DNA from: Dendrobates tinctorius
Taxonomy: Eukaryota
Assembly (NCBI RefSeq): GCF_039654945.1
Contig: NW_027361687.1
Coordinates: 5,518,001-5,582,000 of the forward strand
Length of the DNA stretch: 64,000 nucleotides
Direction: 5' to 3'
Each line of letters starts with the position of its first letter. Position 1 is the first letter of the stretch. The notes beneath the pieces are model-generated. The model was not told the DNA's origin and ran no database searches. It saw only the letters and a program-made list of their open reading frames with translations. Position numbers and translations under genes: made by a program. Positions 13,330-27,329 of the stretch are shown here, in pieces.

Positions 13330-14520
13330 TCTCTTCTGTTACTAACTTAATACAGTAGGGGACATGGCACTTTTAACCATCTTACAGGCCTTATCGATAG
13401 ACCCCCAAAAATTATTCTGTTATTAACGTCATACAGTAGGGGACATGTCACTTTTAAATTGTTTGAAGCATCCACTCAATCTTATACAGGCCTTATCGAC
13501 AGGCCCCCAAAAATTCTTCTGTTACTAACGTCATACAGCAGGGGATATGTCACTTTTAAATTGTTTGGAGGCTATCTTGAAGATTATGTGTATCTGTGTA
13601 TCTTTGCCATCCAATTTCTCTTGAGCATCTTTTATACCTAGCTTGAGACACGCATCTGTTACACCTATCTTCTGATGCGCATCAAGTGCTCTCTGGTAAT
13701 TGGTGTTGGGTAGATAAGTAATAGTAAGCTGGATCCTGGATCTTGTACTTCCCATAGCCGCGCTGTTATTGATCCTGTTGTACGTTCCCATTCCCACCCA
13801 AAAAAATTCTTCTGTTGCTAAAGTCGTACAGTAGGGGACATGTCATTTTTAAATTGCTTTGAGCATCCACTCAATCTTATACAGGCCTTATTGATAGGCC
13901 CCCAAAAATTCTTCTGTTACTAACGTCATACAGTAGGGGGACATGTGACTTTTAAAATGTTTTGAACATCCACTCAATCTCATATATCTAATATAGGCCT
14001 TATCGACAGACCTCAAAAATTCTTCTGTTACTAATGTCATACATAAGGAGACATGTCACTTTTAAACTTTTTTGCACATCCACTCAATGTTATACAGGCC
14101 TTATCTACAGGCCCAAAAAAATCTTCTGCTACTAGCGTCATACAGTAGGGGACATGTCACTTTGAAATTGTTTGGGGCAGCTAGTCATTCTTATACAGGT
14201 CTTATCGACAGGTCCCCAAAAATTATTCTGTTACTAATGTCATACAGTAGGGAACATTTCACTTTTAAATTGTTTGGATCATTCACTCCATCTTATACAG
14301 GCCTTATTGACAGGCCCAAAAATATTCTTCTGTTACTAACCTCATACAGTAGGGGACATGTCACTTTCAAATTGTTTGGAGCATCTACTCAATCTTATAC
14401 AGGCCTTTTCGACAGGCCCCCAAAAATTCTTCTGTTACTAAAGTCATACAGTAGGGGAGATCTCAGTTTTAAATTGTTTGGAGGCCTCATCCACACAGAA
14501 TTTTTTTTTCTGTTACTAAC
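13330..14520. repeat. 102-bp tandem repeat inside the hAT derivative
   Basis: Repeated TTATACAGGCCTTATCGACAGGCCCCCAAAAATTCTTCTGTTACTAACGTCATACAGTAGGGGACATGTCACTTTTAAATTG; 34-aa period in the ORF track. Confidence 0.85.
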
Positions 14521-14853
14521 TCAAATTAGCACGCCATATTTCACCTTCTCAGTTAGTGCCACTGAAATTAAGCTGTGCAGAGGTGTTGCGGAGTAAAAAA
14601 TCTAATTTTTAGTTGCTAATACTGTGCTCATAGCACACTATCTGAGCAACATGACTGGGAAAAAGCAAGGTCGTGGTGGAAGGGGGATTAGGCTCGGTGT
14701 CCGAGGTCTAATTGGCTTAGGTGGTGAAATTGATGCCACTTCATATTTGTCTGCCACTAATTTTTGGAAATGTGTATACTCTTGGGTGGGTGTCCAGTTG
14801 CCTGGTAAGCTGTACTGGAAAAGATATTATTTTAACTCTGGTGAAATTGATGC

Positions 14854-15825
14854 TGTTAGGGACTGCGGAACGCACTAAATAATAAATAATAGAAAGTGCG
14901 TTCACCGCCCGGGGTCCACCGTGCAGAAGGTGTTACTCTGCTGCTAGGTAATGGTGGAAACTCAATATGGCGGTATATCACATGCCGGTTGAATGTCACC
15001 CGGTGTGCACTGAGCGTACTCTGTTGATTCACAGAGGCGCCAAAGCAATGAACATAAATGCCGAGCCTGTTGGACTCACAGGTCTAAGTGGAATGCACGC
15101 ACGGTATATGGTCACAGGACTAGGGCCCAAGACACAGGGTCAGTGTCGGTGTAGACCTACCGTGCGTGCGACCTCGCTACCGCGGACACCGACAAGTGCT
15201 GCTGACTGCAGCGTGGCGACTGACACAGCCGCTATACGACAATGCCCAGGAGGGAACGCACTGTCGGACGCTAGTTCTGTGGAGATAAGCACTGTGGCCT
15301 GTAGCGTGCCACTGACTGGCGCTGACTCTATAACTAAGTCCCTATCCACACACGTAATATCAGAGGGAAGGGAATCTTAATGAGTCATTCGCAGGTTCAT
15401 GCATCCGTCATCATTCACACAGTAGCAACTAGAGTCTATACTAGCGCATGGCCGAGCGGCCATGCAAACCTTTTAAAGCCGGGACCTGCCGGAAGCTTCC
15501 AGATCCCTGAGATGGACCAATCGGATCTGGAGAAGGACCTGGGCATGTGACTCCTGATCTCCAATGGGAGATCGTTTCATGAGCATGCTCAGTGGAGCGA
15601 CGGAAGGACTTAGCCTCTGGAGTGAGTTGCTGCTGATCAGCCTGCGCTGCTATTGCTGGCCCAGAGGTGGCAGCAGCAGCCAGACCCACAGAGCTCGTCT
15701 GACAAGAGCGTCGGGGACAATGGGGCTGCTGAGCAAGCTCCTCTGCGGTCAATGGAGAATGGGAGACCGCAGGATTTGAGGGTCTGGATCCCTGCTGTGC
15801 AGTTGCAGGAACCCGATGCCTAACA
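14854..15825 (-). mobile_element. Solo LTR (972 bp)
   Basis: TGTTAGG...CCTAACA termini with 5-bp TSD GATGC; same family as 49578-50367 in the opposite orientation. Confidence 0.85.
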
Positions 15826-16389
15826 GATGCCACTTTGGTGGTGTCTGCCACAAATTGTTTGAAATGTGAGCATTCCTGGTTGGGTGTCCAACTGTCCATC
15901 TGCTGAGTTGGGTGTAGTGGAAGACCTGTCGGTTCCTATTATACTATTTCTACTGTGGTAAAATTGATGCCATTTTATTGGTGTCTGACGCTAATTTTTG
16001 GAATTGTGAACAATCCTGGTTTGGTGTCCATCTGCTGGGTTGCTGGGTTGGCTGTAGTGGAAGATTTGTCAGTCCCTAGTATACTATTTTTACTGTGGTG
16101 AAATTAATGTCACTTTGTTGTTGTCTGCCAATACATTTTTGGAAATGTGTGCACTCCTGGTTGAGTCTCCTTCATGTGTGTTGCCTGTAGCAGTAGGCCT
16201 CCGAGACTGGCAATCGTCCACCCTCATTGAGTCAACTACCCATGTTACTATTCTTCATTTTTCTGACAATAGTAATCTATGAAACTGATATTTGTACCAT
16301 CTGAGTGTGGCTGAGCATCAATTTCAATTGTTTTATCACTTATATAGCGCCAATAATTCAACATTCACATTTTGAACTGTCCTCCCACC

Positions 16390-16681
16390 TCTCCTCTTGC
16401 TCCCTCTTTGACCGCGTACATACAATCATACTTCAGACCACACTACTAACCGCTAAATAAAAGCAATGCGAGTTGGTCCTCCTCCTTCTCCTTGGCCCTG
16501 CATCTGTCTTTGACACAGTGGACCATTCCCTCTTGCTACAGACTTTCTGATCTGCTGACATTACAGACTTGGCCCTTTGTTGGATCTCCTCATACCTAAC
16601 AGACAGGATATTCAGTGTCTCCCACTCACAATCCACCTCCTTATCTCGTTCCCTATATGTCGGTGTCCACCAAGGTTCAGT
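16390..16681 (+). pseudogene. L2/CR1-group LINE reverse transcriptase fragment
   Basis: Translates to FDTVDHSLLL...ALCWISSYLTDRIFSVS...VGVHQGSV. Confidence 0.7.
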
Positions 16682-18623
16682 TGTAGGACCGGAAATTATG
16701 CTTAGAGTGTGCACTCGTGCGCTTCTCCCTATTAAAGGGACAACCGCATCGACCTAAGGTATTCCCAACCTATAGTTAATTGGCACCTTCTATTTAACGC
16801 TTCCCTCCAATATGGAGGTGCCTGAGCTACGTTGTTGGTTTGCCTTTCATGCTTGCTTGTTGTCAGATTCCCCAGGTCTGTCTGCTTGTCTACTCTGAAC
16901 CCATCTTGTCTTACCTATCTGTACATGTCTGCTCGTACCTGTCTTAGCTCTTCGGTCCATCAGCCCGTCCAGATCGCACTTGCCAGCACCCAAATGTCTA
17001 ACACACGGTCCAGCCCACACCTGCCAGTGCTTTTCTGAACCTCAGTTGATCCTATCTGCACCCATGGTTCCAGAGTCCCTATAGTGCCTGCCTGCATTTT
17101 TCTTGCCTCCTTTGGGCCTTAGCAGCTTACCTGCTGAAGGGGGTCAGCTGACACATTCTGTAGGTCAGCCATGGAGAAGCACCTGGTGCCACCTCTTTGT
17201 ACCTCCTTGGGTCACAGTTTTTGTCTGCTCCTACTTGTCCGAATAGGGATTTTGTAGGCCACCTAGTTACGCCCCTTCCAGGTTTTCAGAGGGATATGGA
17301 ACAGTGATTCCACCACCTTGCCGATTACAGTTTCCATTTGCTGGTTTGGCTGTAGTGCAAGAGGTGTCGGTCCCCGCTATACTAATTCTACATTATTGCA
17401 ATTGATGCCACTTTGTTGGGTCTCCTTCACACGTGTTGCCTATAGCAGTAGGCCTCCACTTCCTTCGACTCAACTACCCATGTTACTATCCTTAAATTTT
17501 TCTGTCAGTGGTAGTCTAGAAATCTGATATTTGTGCCACCTGAGTGTGGCTAAGCATGAAAGCAGGTAGAGGTGTTACATGTGGTATCAGGGCTCCCAGC
17601 AAAGGGGCCCTACACCGATCCCTCAACCACCTCATCTTACTGTGACATTCAATTGAAAGCTGTAGATGCTGTCCCAGACCCGATACCTCATGCCTGCCTG
17701 ATTGCTGCAGTGCCATGCCAAAATCTGTACTGTGGGTGAAATGAGGCCACTTTCCTGGTGTCTGCCCCTCATTTGATGTGTTTTCGCAGCATTTGGGGCC
17801 ATTTTAAGGTGTTGTGCATGCGTTTGTTTTTGCCTCCCATTGACGTGAATGGTGTTCGGTTATATTCGGTGAATATTCGACGAATTAATCCGTGAATATT
17901 GCACATTTGCCGAACGTAATTCGAACTGAATATTGAAATATTTGCTCATCTCTACCAGAGAGGGGAGGGTGACTATAAGAATTTTTTTTTTACATATTAT
18001 GCTTATCAGTCATGTTTTGGAGTCTGGAGAGAGACCACAGAGCATAATAAGTGATATTAAATTAACAGAGAAGAACTTTTCTGTGAATCAAAATCCCTGG
18101 AAAAATCCGCACAAACAGGCAAATTCAAAATTTACCCAATCCACTCATTTCCTCCTGAATGGTTTTACACAGTGTTAACTCAATAACAATTCTAGAATGA
18201 ATATTTAAAGGGGTTGTCCAGATCTAAGATGTAGTGATCTGTCCAGGGGATAGTGAATGGTAAATGAGCGGCAGTACAAGACAAAATCCATTATGCAGTG
18301 CGTGGTGTTTCAGCTCTGAACAATGCGTAATTTTTAGAGCCGTGGGATCCGCTAGCAGCTCATTGATGGGTTTGCTGAATATCGGACACCCAATAATCTG
18401 ATATTGATGACCTATACTGGATCCTGTTAGTTGTGGACTACTTTTTAAAGGGAATGTTCCCCTACTACCTACATTGGCTTTTGTATTCTTTTGCAATATT
18501 TTGTATTGCTGCAATAAAGTTAAATTGCAAATTTTGCTAATAGCCATTATTAAAAATCCCTTACCATTCTGTGTCTGCACCTCATCTGCTGACTTACTTG
18601 TCTCCATGGTTCCAAACTACAAA

Positions 18624-19220
18624 TGTCACGCTTGGACACAGGTAAGTCAAGCAGACGACACAGCAAACTAGTACGACGGGATGGAAATGGAGAGAGGAAG
18701 GCCTTAAACTTATGGAGCAAGGGATGGGACAACTCCTGATACCAAACTGTGTCTGTCCCTAAACTCCCCTAATGCCCTAAGCGAGTCCTTCCCATGGCCG
18801 CCGTCACGTGCCTAGTCAGTTATTGTCACCTCAATATACCCTGGCTAGTGCACTGGCTCTCAAGAACACTAGCATCACCACTGCAGTTGGTAAAACATGG
18901 GAGAAGAGACAAACACGGGTCAGACAAAAAAGGATAAAATACTCTGCTTCAGCATACTCAGTATAGACTCAACATAGACACCACCAACACAAGAAAGCTC
19001 CTCACTCCAGGCAGGTCTGCATAGAATAACTCTTCTAAAGGGTCATGTGAATTTTTAAAGGAAGGTGGGAGTGGTTACCGACCAACATCAGCTGACCATT
19101 CTATAAGAAGCTGCCAGCAAGATACCTATATTAACTATTGCTGGACAAAAAGGAAAAAAAAACAACTTTCAAATTATAGCAGAACCAAAGGTGCCACAAA
19201 TCTCATTATGAATCGTGACA
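18624..19220. mobile_element. Solo LTR (597 bp)
   Basis: TGTCACG...CGTGACA termini with 5-bp TSD ACAAA. Confidence 0.85.
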
Positions 19221-19348
19221 ACAAAACACCATGTTTCAAACTGTATCTTTTATCAACTTCCTGAGAATCTACAGAATATATTTTACACTATGAGAAACAC
19301 CAAGAAGGAATCCAATGGTTTGCGAGGCCCCTCAGCAAAGATAGTCAC

Positions 19349-22300
19349 TAGAGTTGAGCGATACCGTCCGATACTTCAAAGTATCGTATCGGATGGCATC
19401 GGCCGATCTTTAAAAAAAGTATCGGTATCGCCGATTCCGATACCGGAAGTCCCATTCAAGTCTATGGGACTTCCGGTATCGGAATAAGAAAAACCCTTTC
19501 CTGCCCTTGTACAGCCTCTCTGGGGTCTGTACGGGCCTTTCGGGGGGCTGTGCCGGCCTGCCAGGGGGTCTGTGCAGGCTCCGGTGGTCTGTGCCGGCCT
19601 GCCGGTGGTCTGTGCAGGCTCCGGGGGGCTGTGCCGGCCTGCCGGGGGGCTGTGCCGGCCTGCCGGGGGGCTGTGCCGGCCTGCCGGGGGGCTGTGCAGG
19701 CTCCGGGGGGCTGTGCCGGCCTGCCGGGGGGCTGTGCCGGCCTGCCGGTGGTCTGTGCAGGCTCCGGGGGTCTGTGCAGGCATCGTGCGATGGGACTACA
19801 AGTCCCATCGGGCGATGCCTGCTACCATGACAGTGATTGACACATTAGCCAATGATGGGACAGTAGTAGTCCCATCATCCGGCTAATGTGTTAAATGTAA
19901 AAAAAAAAAAAAAAATTACATGCTACATACATACAGCATGCATACTACATACATGCTACATTCATACTACATACTACATACATGCTACATTCATACTACA
20001 TAAATACTACATGCAACATACATACTACATATATACTACATGCATGCTACATACATACTGCATGCTACATACATACCACATATATACTACATACATACTA
20101 CATGCATGCTACATGCATGCTACATGCTACATACATAACACATATATACTACATGCATGCTACATACATACTACATGCTACATACTACATATATACTACA
20201 TGCATGCTACATACTACATGCTACATACATACTACATATATACTACATGCATGCTACATACATACTGCATGCTACATGCATGCTACATACATACTACATA
20301 CATACTACATGCTACATACATACTACATATATACTACATACATACTACATACATACTACATGCATGCTACATGCATGCTACATACATACCACATACATAA
20401 CACATATATACTACATGCATGCTACATACATACTACATGCTACATACATACCATATACATACTACATGCATGCTACATACATACTACATGCATGCTACAT
20501 ACATACTACATGCTACATACATACTACATATATACTACATGCATGCTACATACATACTACATGCTACATACATACTACATATATACTACATGCATGCTAC
20601 ATACATACTACATGCTACATACATACCACATACATACTACATATATACTACATGCATGCTACATACATACTGCATGCTACATACATACTACATACATACT
20701 ACATGCTACATACATACCACATATATACTACATACATACAATACATTCATACAATACATACATAGACATACAGTACATATAGCATAGAGTAACATACTTA
20801 CCAATACTTGTCACATTGTTCCCCGAAGCCATTGTCTTTTCCGGAATAAATATTAACATAACAAACCACAAAAATACTCACCCACGATCCGAAGCAGTCC
20901 ACGAGTGTGTCCCACGACGATCTTGGGTAGAGAACTGCAGCATCAGCTGTTGCTGCCGTTCTCTACGGGCTGCAGGAATCCAATGACGGAAGGTAGGTAT
21001 CCTTCCGCACTGTATTCCTCCGCCACTTAAAAAAAAAAAAGTCTCTAGTCTCACTTTATGCCATTGCTGTGTGGGAAATTCCCACGCAGCAATGGCATAA
21101 AGTGAGACTAGGGACTTTTTTTTTTTAAGTGGCGGAGGAATACAGTGCGGAAGGATACCTACCTTCCGTCATTGGATTCCTGCAGCCCGTAGAGAACGGC
21201 AGCATCATCTGATGCTGCAGTTCTCTACCCAAGATCGTCGTGGGACACACTCGTGGACTGCTTCGGATCGTGGGTGAGTATTTTTGTGGTTTGTTATGTT
21301 AATATTTATTCCGGAAAAGACAATGGCTTCGGGGAACAATGTGACAAGTATTGGTAAGTATGTTACTCTATGTTATATGTACTGTATGTCTATGTATGTA
21401 TTGTATGAATGTATTGTATGTATGTAGTATATATGTGGTATGTATGTAGCATGTAGTATGTATGTAGTATGTATGTAGCATGCATGTAGCATGTAGTATG
21501 TATGTAGCATGCATGTAGTATATATGTAGTATGTATGTAGCATGCATGTAGTATATATGTAGCATGTATGTAGTATGTATGTGGTATGTATGTAGCATGT
21601 AGTATGTATGTAGCATGCATGTAGTATATATGTAGTATGTATGTAGCATGTAGTATGTATGTAGTATGTATGTAGTATGTATGTGGTATGTATGTAGCAT
21701 GTAGTATGTATGTAGCATGCATGTAGTATATATGTAGTATGTATGTAGTATGTATGTGGTATGTATGTAGCATGTAGTATGTATGTAGCATGCATGTAGC
21801 ATGCATGTAGTATGTATGTAGCATGCATGTAGTATGTATGTAGCATGCATGTAGTATGTATGTAGTATGTATGTAGTATGTATGTAGCATGCAGTATGTA
21901 TGTAGCATGTATGTAGTATGTATGTAGTATATATGTAGTATGTATGTAGCATGTAGTATGTATGTAGCATGCATGTAGTATATATGTAGTATGTATGTAG
22001 CATGCATGTAGTATGTATGTAGTATGTATGTAGTATGTATGTAGCATGCAGTATGTATGTAGCATGTATGTAGTATGTATGTAGTATATATGTAGTATGT
22101 ATGTAGCATGTAGTATGTATGTAGCATGTAGTATGTATGTAGCATGCATGTAGTATGTATGTAGCATGTATGTAGTATGTATGTAGTATATATGTAGTAT
22201 GTATGTAGCATGTAGTATGTATGTAGCATGCATGTAGTATGTATGTAGTATTTTTTTTTTTTTAACATTTAACACATTAGCCGGATGATGGGACTACTAC

Positions 22301-22903
22301 TGTCCCATCATTGGCTAATGTGTCAATCACTGTCATGGTAGCAGGCATCGCCCGATGGGACTTGTAGTCCCATCGGACGATGCTTGCACAGACCCCCGGA
22401 CATCAGCACAGCCCCCCGGCAGGCCGGCACAGCCCCCCGGCAGGCCGGTACAGACCCCCACAGGGTGCACAGACCACCGGCAGGCCGGCACAGCCCCCCG
22501 GCAGGCCGGTACAGACCCCCACAGGGTGCACAGACCACCGGCAGGCCGGCACAGCCCCCCGGCAGGCCGGTACAGACCCCCACAGGGTGCACAGACCACC
22601 GGCAGGCCGGCACAGCCCCCCGGCAGGCCGGTACAGACCCCGGGCAGTCCACACAGCCCCCCGGCAGGCCGGCACAGCCCCCCGGCAGGCCGGCAGAGAC
22701 CCCCGGAAGGCCCGAAATGACGGCGCATCATGATGCGCACACACCGCGCATCATGATGACGTCAGTCTGTCAATCAACTTTGAACTTCCGATTCCGATGC
22801 CGAATTCCGATATTGAAAAAATATCGGAAGTCGGTATCGGAATTCCGATACAGCAAGTATCGGCCGATACCCGATACTTGCGGTATCGGAATGCTCAACA
22901 CTA
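19349..22903 (+). mobile_element. Non-autonomous hAT-type foldback element, complete copy 2 (3555 bp)
   Basis: TIRs TAGAGTTGAGC / GCTCAACACTA; perfect 8-bp TSD ATAGTCAC (19341-19348, 22904-22911); internal palindrome centred at 21078. The ORFs here are repeat artefacts. Confidence 0.95.
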
Positions 22904-22999
22904 ATAGTCACATAATGGGATGGCTGCATACATGATTACTTTCTATGCAGTGCAACAAAGACGTGAACAAATGGACAGCTGGAAGGAGACTTTGAGGTG

Positions 23000-23612
23000 A
23001 ACGGTTCAATATTTTGTGTTTTTGCTTGTCCATCCGCTTTTTAAGGATTGACCATAGGTTCTCAATAGGATTGAGAGTTTCCTGGCCATGGACCCAAAAT
23101 GTCAATGTTTCATTCACCGAGCCACTTAATTATCAATTTTGCCTTGTTATATGGTGCTCATTCATGCTGAAAAAAATCTTTGTTCATCACCAAATTGCTC
23201 CTGGATCATTGGGAAGTGTTGCTCTTGGGGAATATTTATATAATTTTCTTTATGCATGGCAGTGTGCTTAAGCAAAATTATGAGTGAGCCCACTCCTGTA
23301 GATGAGCAGTAGCCCCACACATGAATGGTCTCGGGATGTTTTATTGTTGGCAGACACAGGACTCATAGTAGCACTCACCTTCTCTTCTCCAGACATTCTT
23401 CCAGATGTTCCAAAGAGTTTGAAGTGGGATTCATCAGAGAAAATAACTTTACCCCGGGCCTTTACAGCCAAACTCCTGTACTTCCTGCAAAGTTATTTTT
23501 TTCTGGTGAAGCCCCTTTCAAACCATTCTGGACGTGAGGAAGAATGATTTCACAAAATAAAAACTGAGAAAGGCAAAATTTGTGTTATTCTCAAAATGTT
23601 TGGCCTCCACTG
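23000..23612 (-). mobile_element. Tc1/mariner relic
   Basis: Transposase motifs KVIFSDESHF and LNPIENLWSILK on the minus strand; terminus ...TTTGGCCTCCACTG-TA. Confidence 0.75.
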
Positions 23613-24199
23613 TATGTTACAATTGGTGCAAATCATCGAAGAAAAAGAGGAGCCTCAATGTAATGTAAATTTCTAATAAAGCTCTGCGAGTCTCATAAAC
23701 AATCAACACTATAAAAGGTCCTTCTTTACCAGGACGGCGGGAACCCCCGACAGAGGCGCGATGGTTTATATCACATACTGTAAATACACAGTGATACCAA
23801 CTTGCAGGAAGATTAACAGCTCCTGTTTTCTATTTAATATTCTAGACATAAGTGTTAAATATTTTTCATGGAAGCTGTTAACTTTCCAGCTCAATGAAAT
23901 GTATAATTGTGCTATAAAAATATGTATGTCAGGCTCCACATATTCCGTTCAAATACCTCCGCTTAATTAAAATATTGTATTATATTTGCATGGGTCCATT
24001 TATCATTGCTGCTCCAAGACTCTTGCTACCAGCATTGTAAAGATCTCTCTATGCAAAGAATAAAGCTTGGAAAAACACACAAGGACCCGCGCATAAAGAG
24101 TGCAAGATTCTGCTGCTAAAGTAAAATTATAATTGGTGGGATCTGAATATAAAAAATAGCTAAATATTTCCTAACTTCTCATTTTGCCAGTAATTTACT

Positions 24200-24615
24200 T
24201 AAAGAGATTGTCCACTACTTTTTGACTGATGACCTATCCTCAGGATAGGTTATCATTGTCTGATCTGCCCGGATCTGATACTCGGAACCCGAAAATCCTG
24301 CCAATCTGCTGCTCTCGGTAGCTGCGGCAGCGGAAGTACTCACTCGAGGAGCTGCTACGTCTTCTGGTTGTGGCCAATGCTTAGTACTACACATCCACGT
24401 CCTATTCAAATTAACTGGAGGTGGATGTGTAGAACCCTGTGGCGACCACTATCAGAAGACAAGCCAGATTTGCAAGTGAGTACACCTGGCCGGCGGCCAC
24501 CACCTCAACTGATAATAGCTGATCGGTGAGGGTGCCAAGTGTAGGACCCTGGCCGATCAGACCTTGATGACCTATCCTAAAGATAGGTCATCAATCAAAA
24601 AGTAGTGGACAACTT
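24200..24615. mobile_element. TTAA-associated palindromic MITE (T2/Kolobok-like)
   Basis: TTAAAGAGATTGTCCACTACTTTTT...AAAAGTAGTGGACAAC inverted termini; a similar element lies at ~18205-18450. Confidence 0.6.
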
Positions 24616-24894
24616 ATCATTCATGTTCCTCATCACTGTCTATCACAATCTTTTTAACCTTTAATACATAAAACTCTTTAATTTCTGTGCTACATTAAAT
24701 TCCATACATGTCACACTGACAGCACACTAACAGTATATGACACAGATACAGACAGCATGTGGATATCTTATGCATACACATGGATGGCACATGGACATGG
24801 GCCACGGATGTCAAAAGTACTGTTTTTTCCAGCACAGTATTCACCAGGACATGTGATGGGGGATCCTGACAAGCCTACAACCTGCAGTAACCAC

Positions 24895-25704
24895 TAGTGT
24901 TGAGCATTCCGATACCGCAAGTATCGGGTATCGGCCGATACTTGCTGTATCGGAATTCCGATACCGACTTCCGATATTTTTTCAATATCGGAAGTCGGCA
25001 TCGGAATCGGAAGTTCAAAGTTGATTGACAGCCGAAATGACGTCATCATGATGCACGGTGTGTGCGCATCATGATGCGCCGTCATTTCGGGCCTTCCGGG
25101 GGTCTCTGCCGGCCTGCCGGGGGGCTGTGCCGGCCTGCCGGGGGGCTGTGTGGACTGCCCGAGGTCTGTACCGGCCAGCCGGGGGACTGTGCCGGCCTGC
25201 CGGTGGTCTGTGCACCCTGTGGGGGTCTGTACCGGCCTGCCGGGGGGCTGTGCCAGCCTGCCGGGGGGCTGTGCTGATGTCCGGGGGTCTGTGCAAGCAT
25301 CGTCCGATGGGACTTGTAGTCCCATCTGGCGATGCCTGCACAGCCCCCCGGAGCCTGCACAGCCCCCCGGCAGGCCGGCACAGCCCCCCGGCAGGCCGGC
25401 ACAGCCCCCCGGAGCCTGCACAGCCCCCCGGCAGGCCGGCACAGCCCCCCGGCAGGCCGGCACAGCCCACCGGAGCCTGCACAGACCACCGGCAGGCCGG
25501 CACAGCCCCCCGGCAGGCCCGTACAGACCCCAGAGAGGCTGTACAAGGCAAAAACAGGGTTTTTCTTATTCCGATACCGGAAGTCCCATAGACTTGAATG
25601 GGACTTCCGGTATCGGAATCGGCGATACCGATACTTTTTTTTAAGATCGGCCGATCCATTCCGATCCGATACTTTGAAGTATCGGACGGTATCGCTCAAC
25701 TCTA
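24895..25704 (-). mobile_element. Short (810 bp) member of the same hAT non-autonomous family, lacking the large palindrome (copy 3)
   Basis: Same termini as copy 2 in reverse orientation; perfect 8-bp TSD GTAACCAC (24887-24894, 25705-25712). Confidence 0.95.
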
Positions 25705-25712
25705 GTAACCAC

Positions 25713-25934
25713 TGATCCACCAAACCGCTGCATGACCAGCTCTACCCTCGCCTACTGTATCCTCACCCATCCCTTGTAGATTGTGAGCCCTCGCGGGGCA
25801 GGGTCCTCTCTCATCCTGTACCAGTCGTGACTTGTATTGTTTAAGACCACTGTACTTGTTTTTTATTATGTATACTCCTCCTCACATGTAAAGCGCCATG
25901 GAATAAATGGCACTATAATAATAATAATAATAAT
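25713..25934 (+). mobile_element. 3' end of an L2/CR1-group LINE; begins near 24863 and is interrupted by hAT copy 3
   Basis: Typical tail ...TTGTAGATTGTGAGCCC...TGTAAAGCGCCATGGAATAAATGGCACTAT(AAT)n. Confidence 0.7.
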
Positions 25935-27329
25935 CCTGTCTTCAGCAGCCGGCTGGCGCCAGGGAGCAGTGAGAATTGTACCGCTTTTTCCCAGGCACCG
26001 GTACTTGTCACACGGACACATGGACAGCACGCGGATGGCACACGGATGCACGATTGTCAAACACGTACATACGGATGGTACATGGACATGGACCATTGAT
26101 CTCACCAGTACTGTTTTTTCTTTTACAGGAATCACCAGGACATGTGAAGAAGGCTTTACATTGGTTATAAGGTATTTTGGTGAGCCATGTTTTGTAATGT
26201 CCGCTCTCAAATTCTAAATAGTAATTATAGGAGTATCAACTGCTTTAAAAACATTTTTTTACGATTTTGTTTGCTGGTGGAGTTAGAAGGAATTCCAAGC
26301 GTGTCTGAATCCGAAACGACTGTTGCATGGCTTTACACCCTGTATACACTCTCTCCCATGGATATGTATTTTCAAATAAAGGAAGGATTTTATACAGTCT
26401 GGTGAGCATTACACTTTCTTTTTGGTGTCTGGATTTTACACCTCTTCTCTTGAGTGAATTTCATATGCCTCTCTCAACATCTATGTGCTTTACTCCTCCA
26501 GGATGATTTTCATGTGCGCCTCTGAGGTGACTTTCCTGTGTTCGTCTTCATGTTCACCTCTCCTTGGCTGTAACTTTCATGTGCACCTTTCCTCTGTGTT
26601 AACTCTCATGTGCATCTCTCCCCTGCTGGGAATTTTATGTGTTCCCCTTCTCCACAGGGACTTAATGTGCTTTTCTTCTTCAGGGTGACTTTTATAAGCA
26701 CCTCTCCAATTGAGAGACTTATTTACAGTGAATTTCCTGTGCAACTTTTATGCGCTCCTCTCTTCTAGAGTGACTTTGCTGTACACCTCTCCTCCTCAGT
26801 GACTATCATGAGCATTGGCAAGGTACACAAGACTAAGAGAAAAGTAGGTACTCTGGACCAGGTTTTAAGTGTAGACCTTTTCCTTTACATTGTCCAGCAC
26901 TTTGGGACAACTAAAAAAGTATTGTCCAGGAGTGGACAACCACTTTAATTACTTAACCTGGTATCCTATTCATTAAATGTCTTGGTTGTATTCATAGGAA
27001 GAAGATACCAATGATGGTAGTTCATGCGTATTTCACTAAAGGGTAGTAATGTCTGGCACTGATGTTGGGTATCATATTGCTGATACTCAGCTTACAAATA
27101 GCTAGTAGAGTATTTAAAGTGGAGGTGGAGGGGGTGGTCACCCCAGATCCATTTATGTAGCCACTCTCAACTGTTCTGCCATGCACAGAATGCAGATACA
27201 GTTAATTAAAAAAAGAAGGGTTATTCAAGGCACCAAGTCACTTTTGTTCTGTCTGCTATTTCAACCCAAATCCTAAGAAATAGCCTTATCGGATCTCTTC
27301 TGGGTGGTGCATGCATAAAGAACATGTAT

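Larger units (their letters stand above)
11691..17954 (+). mobile_element. Old non-autonomous hAT derivative with internal tandem arrays and nested insertions
   Basis: Right end GCTCATCTCTA; degenerate left end AAGTGACAAGCGAAT; imperfect 8-bp TSD CCGGAGAA / CCAGAGAG. Contains a ~109-bp array (12420-12960) and a 102-bp array (13330-14520), followed by a truncated Arg/Gly-rich start MTGKKQGRGGRG at 14651. It interrupts a palindromic MITE that starts near 11225. Confidence 0.55.

Noticed and set aside
16682-17330. Possible additional solo LTR (also ~29290-29950 and around 54320-57900)
   Set aside because: LTR-like composition, but termini and TSD could not be fixed.
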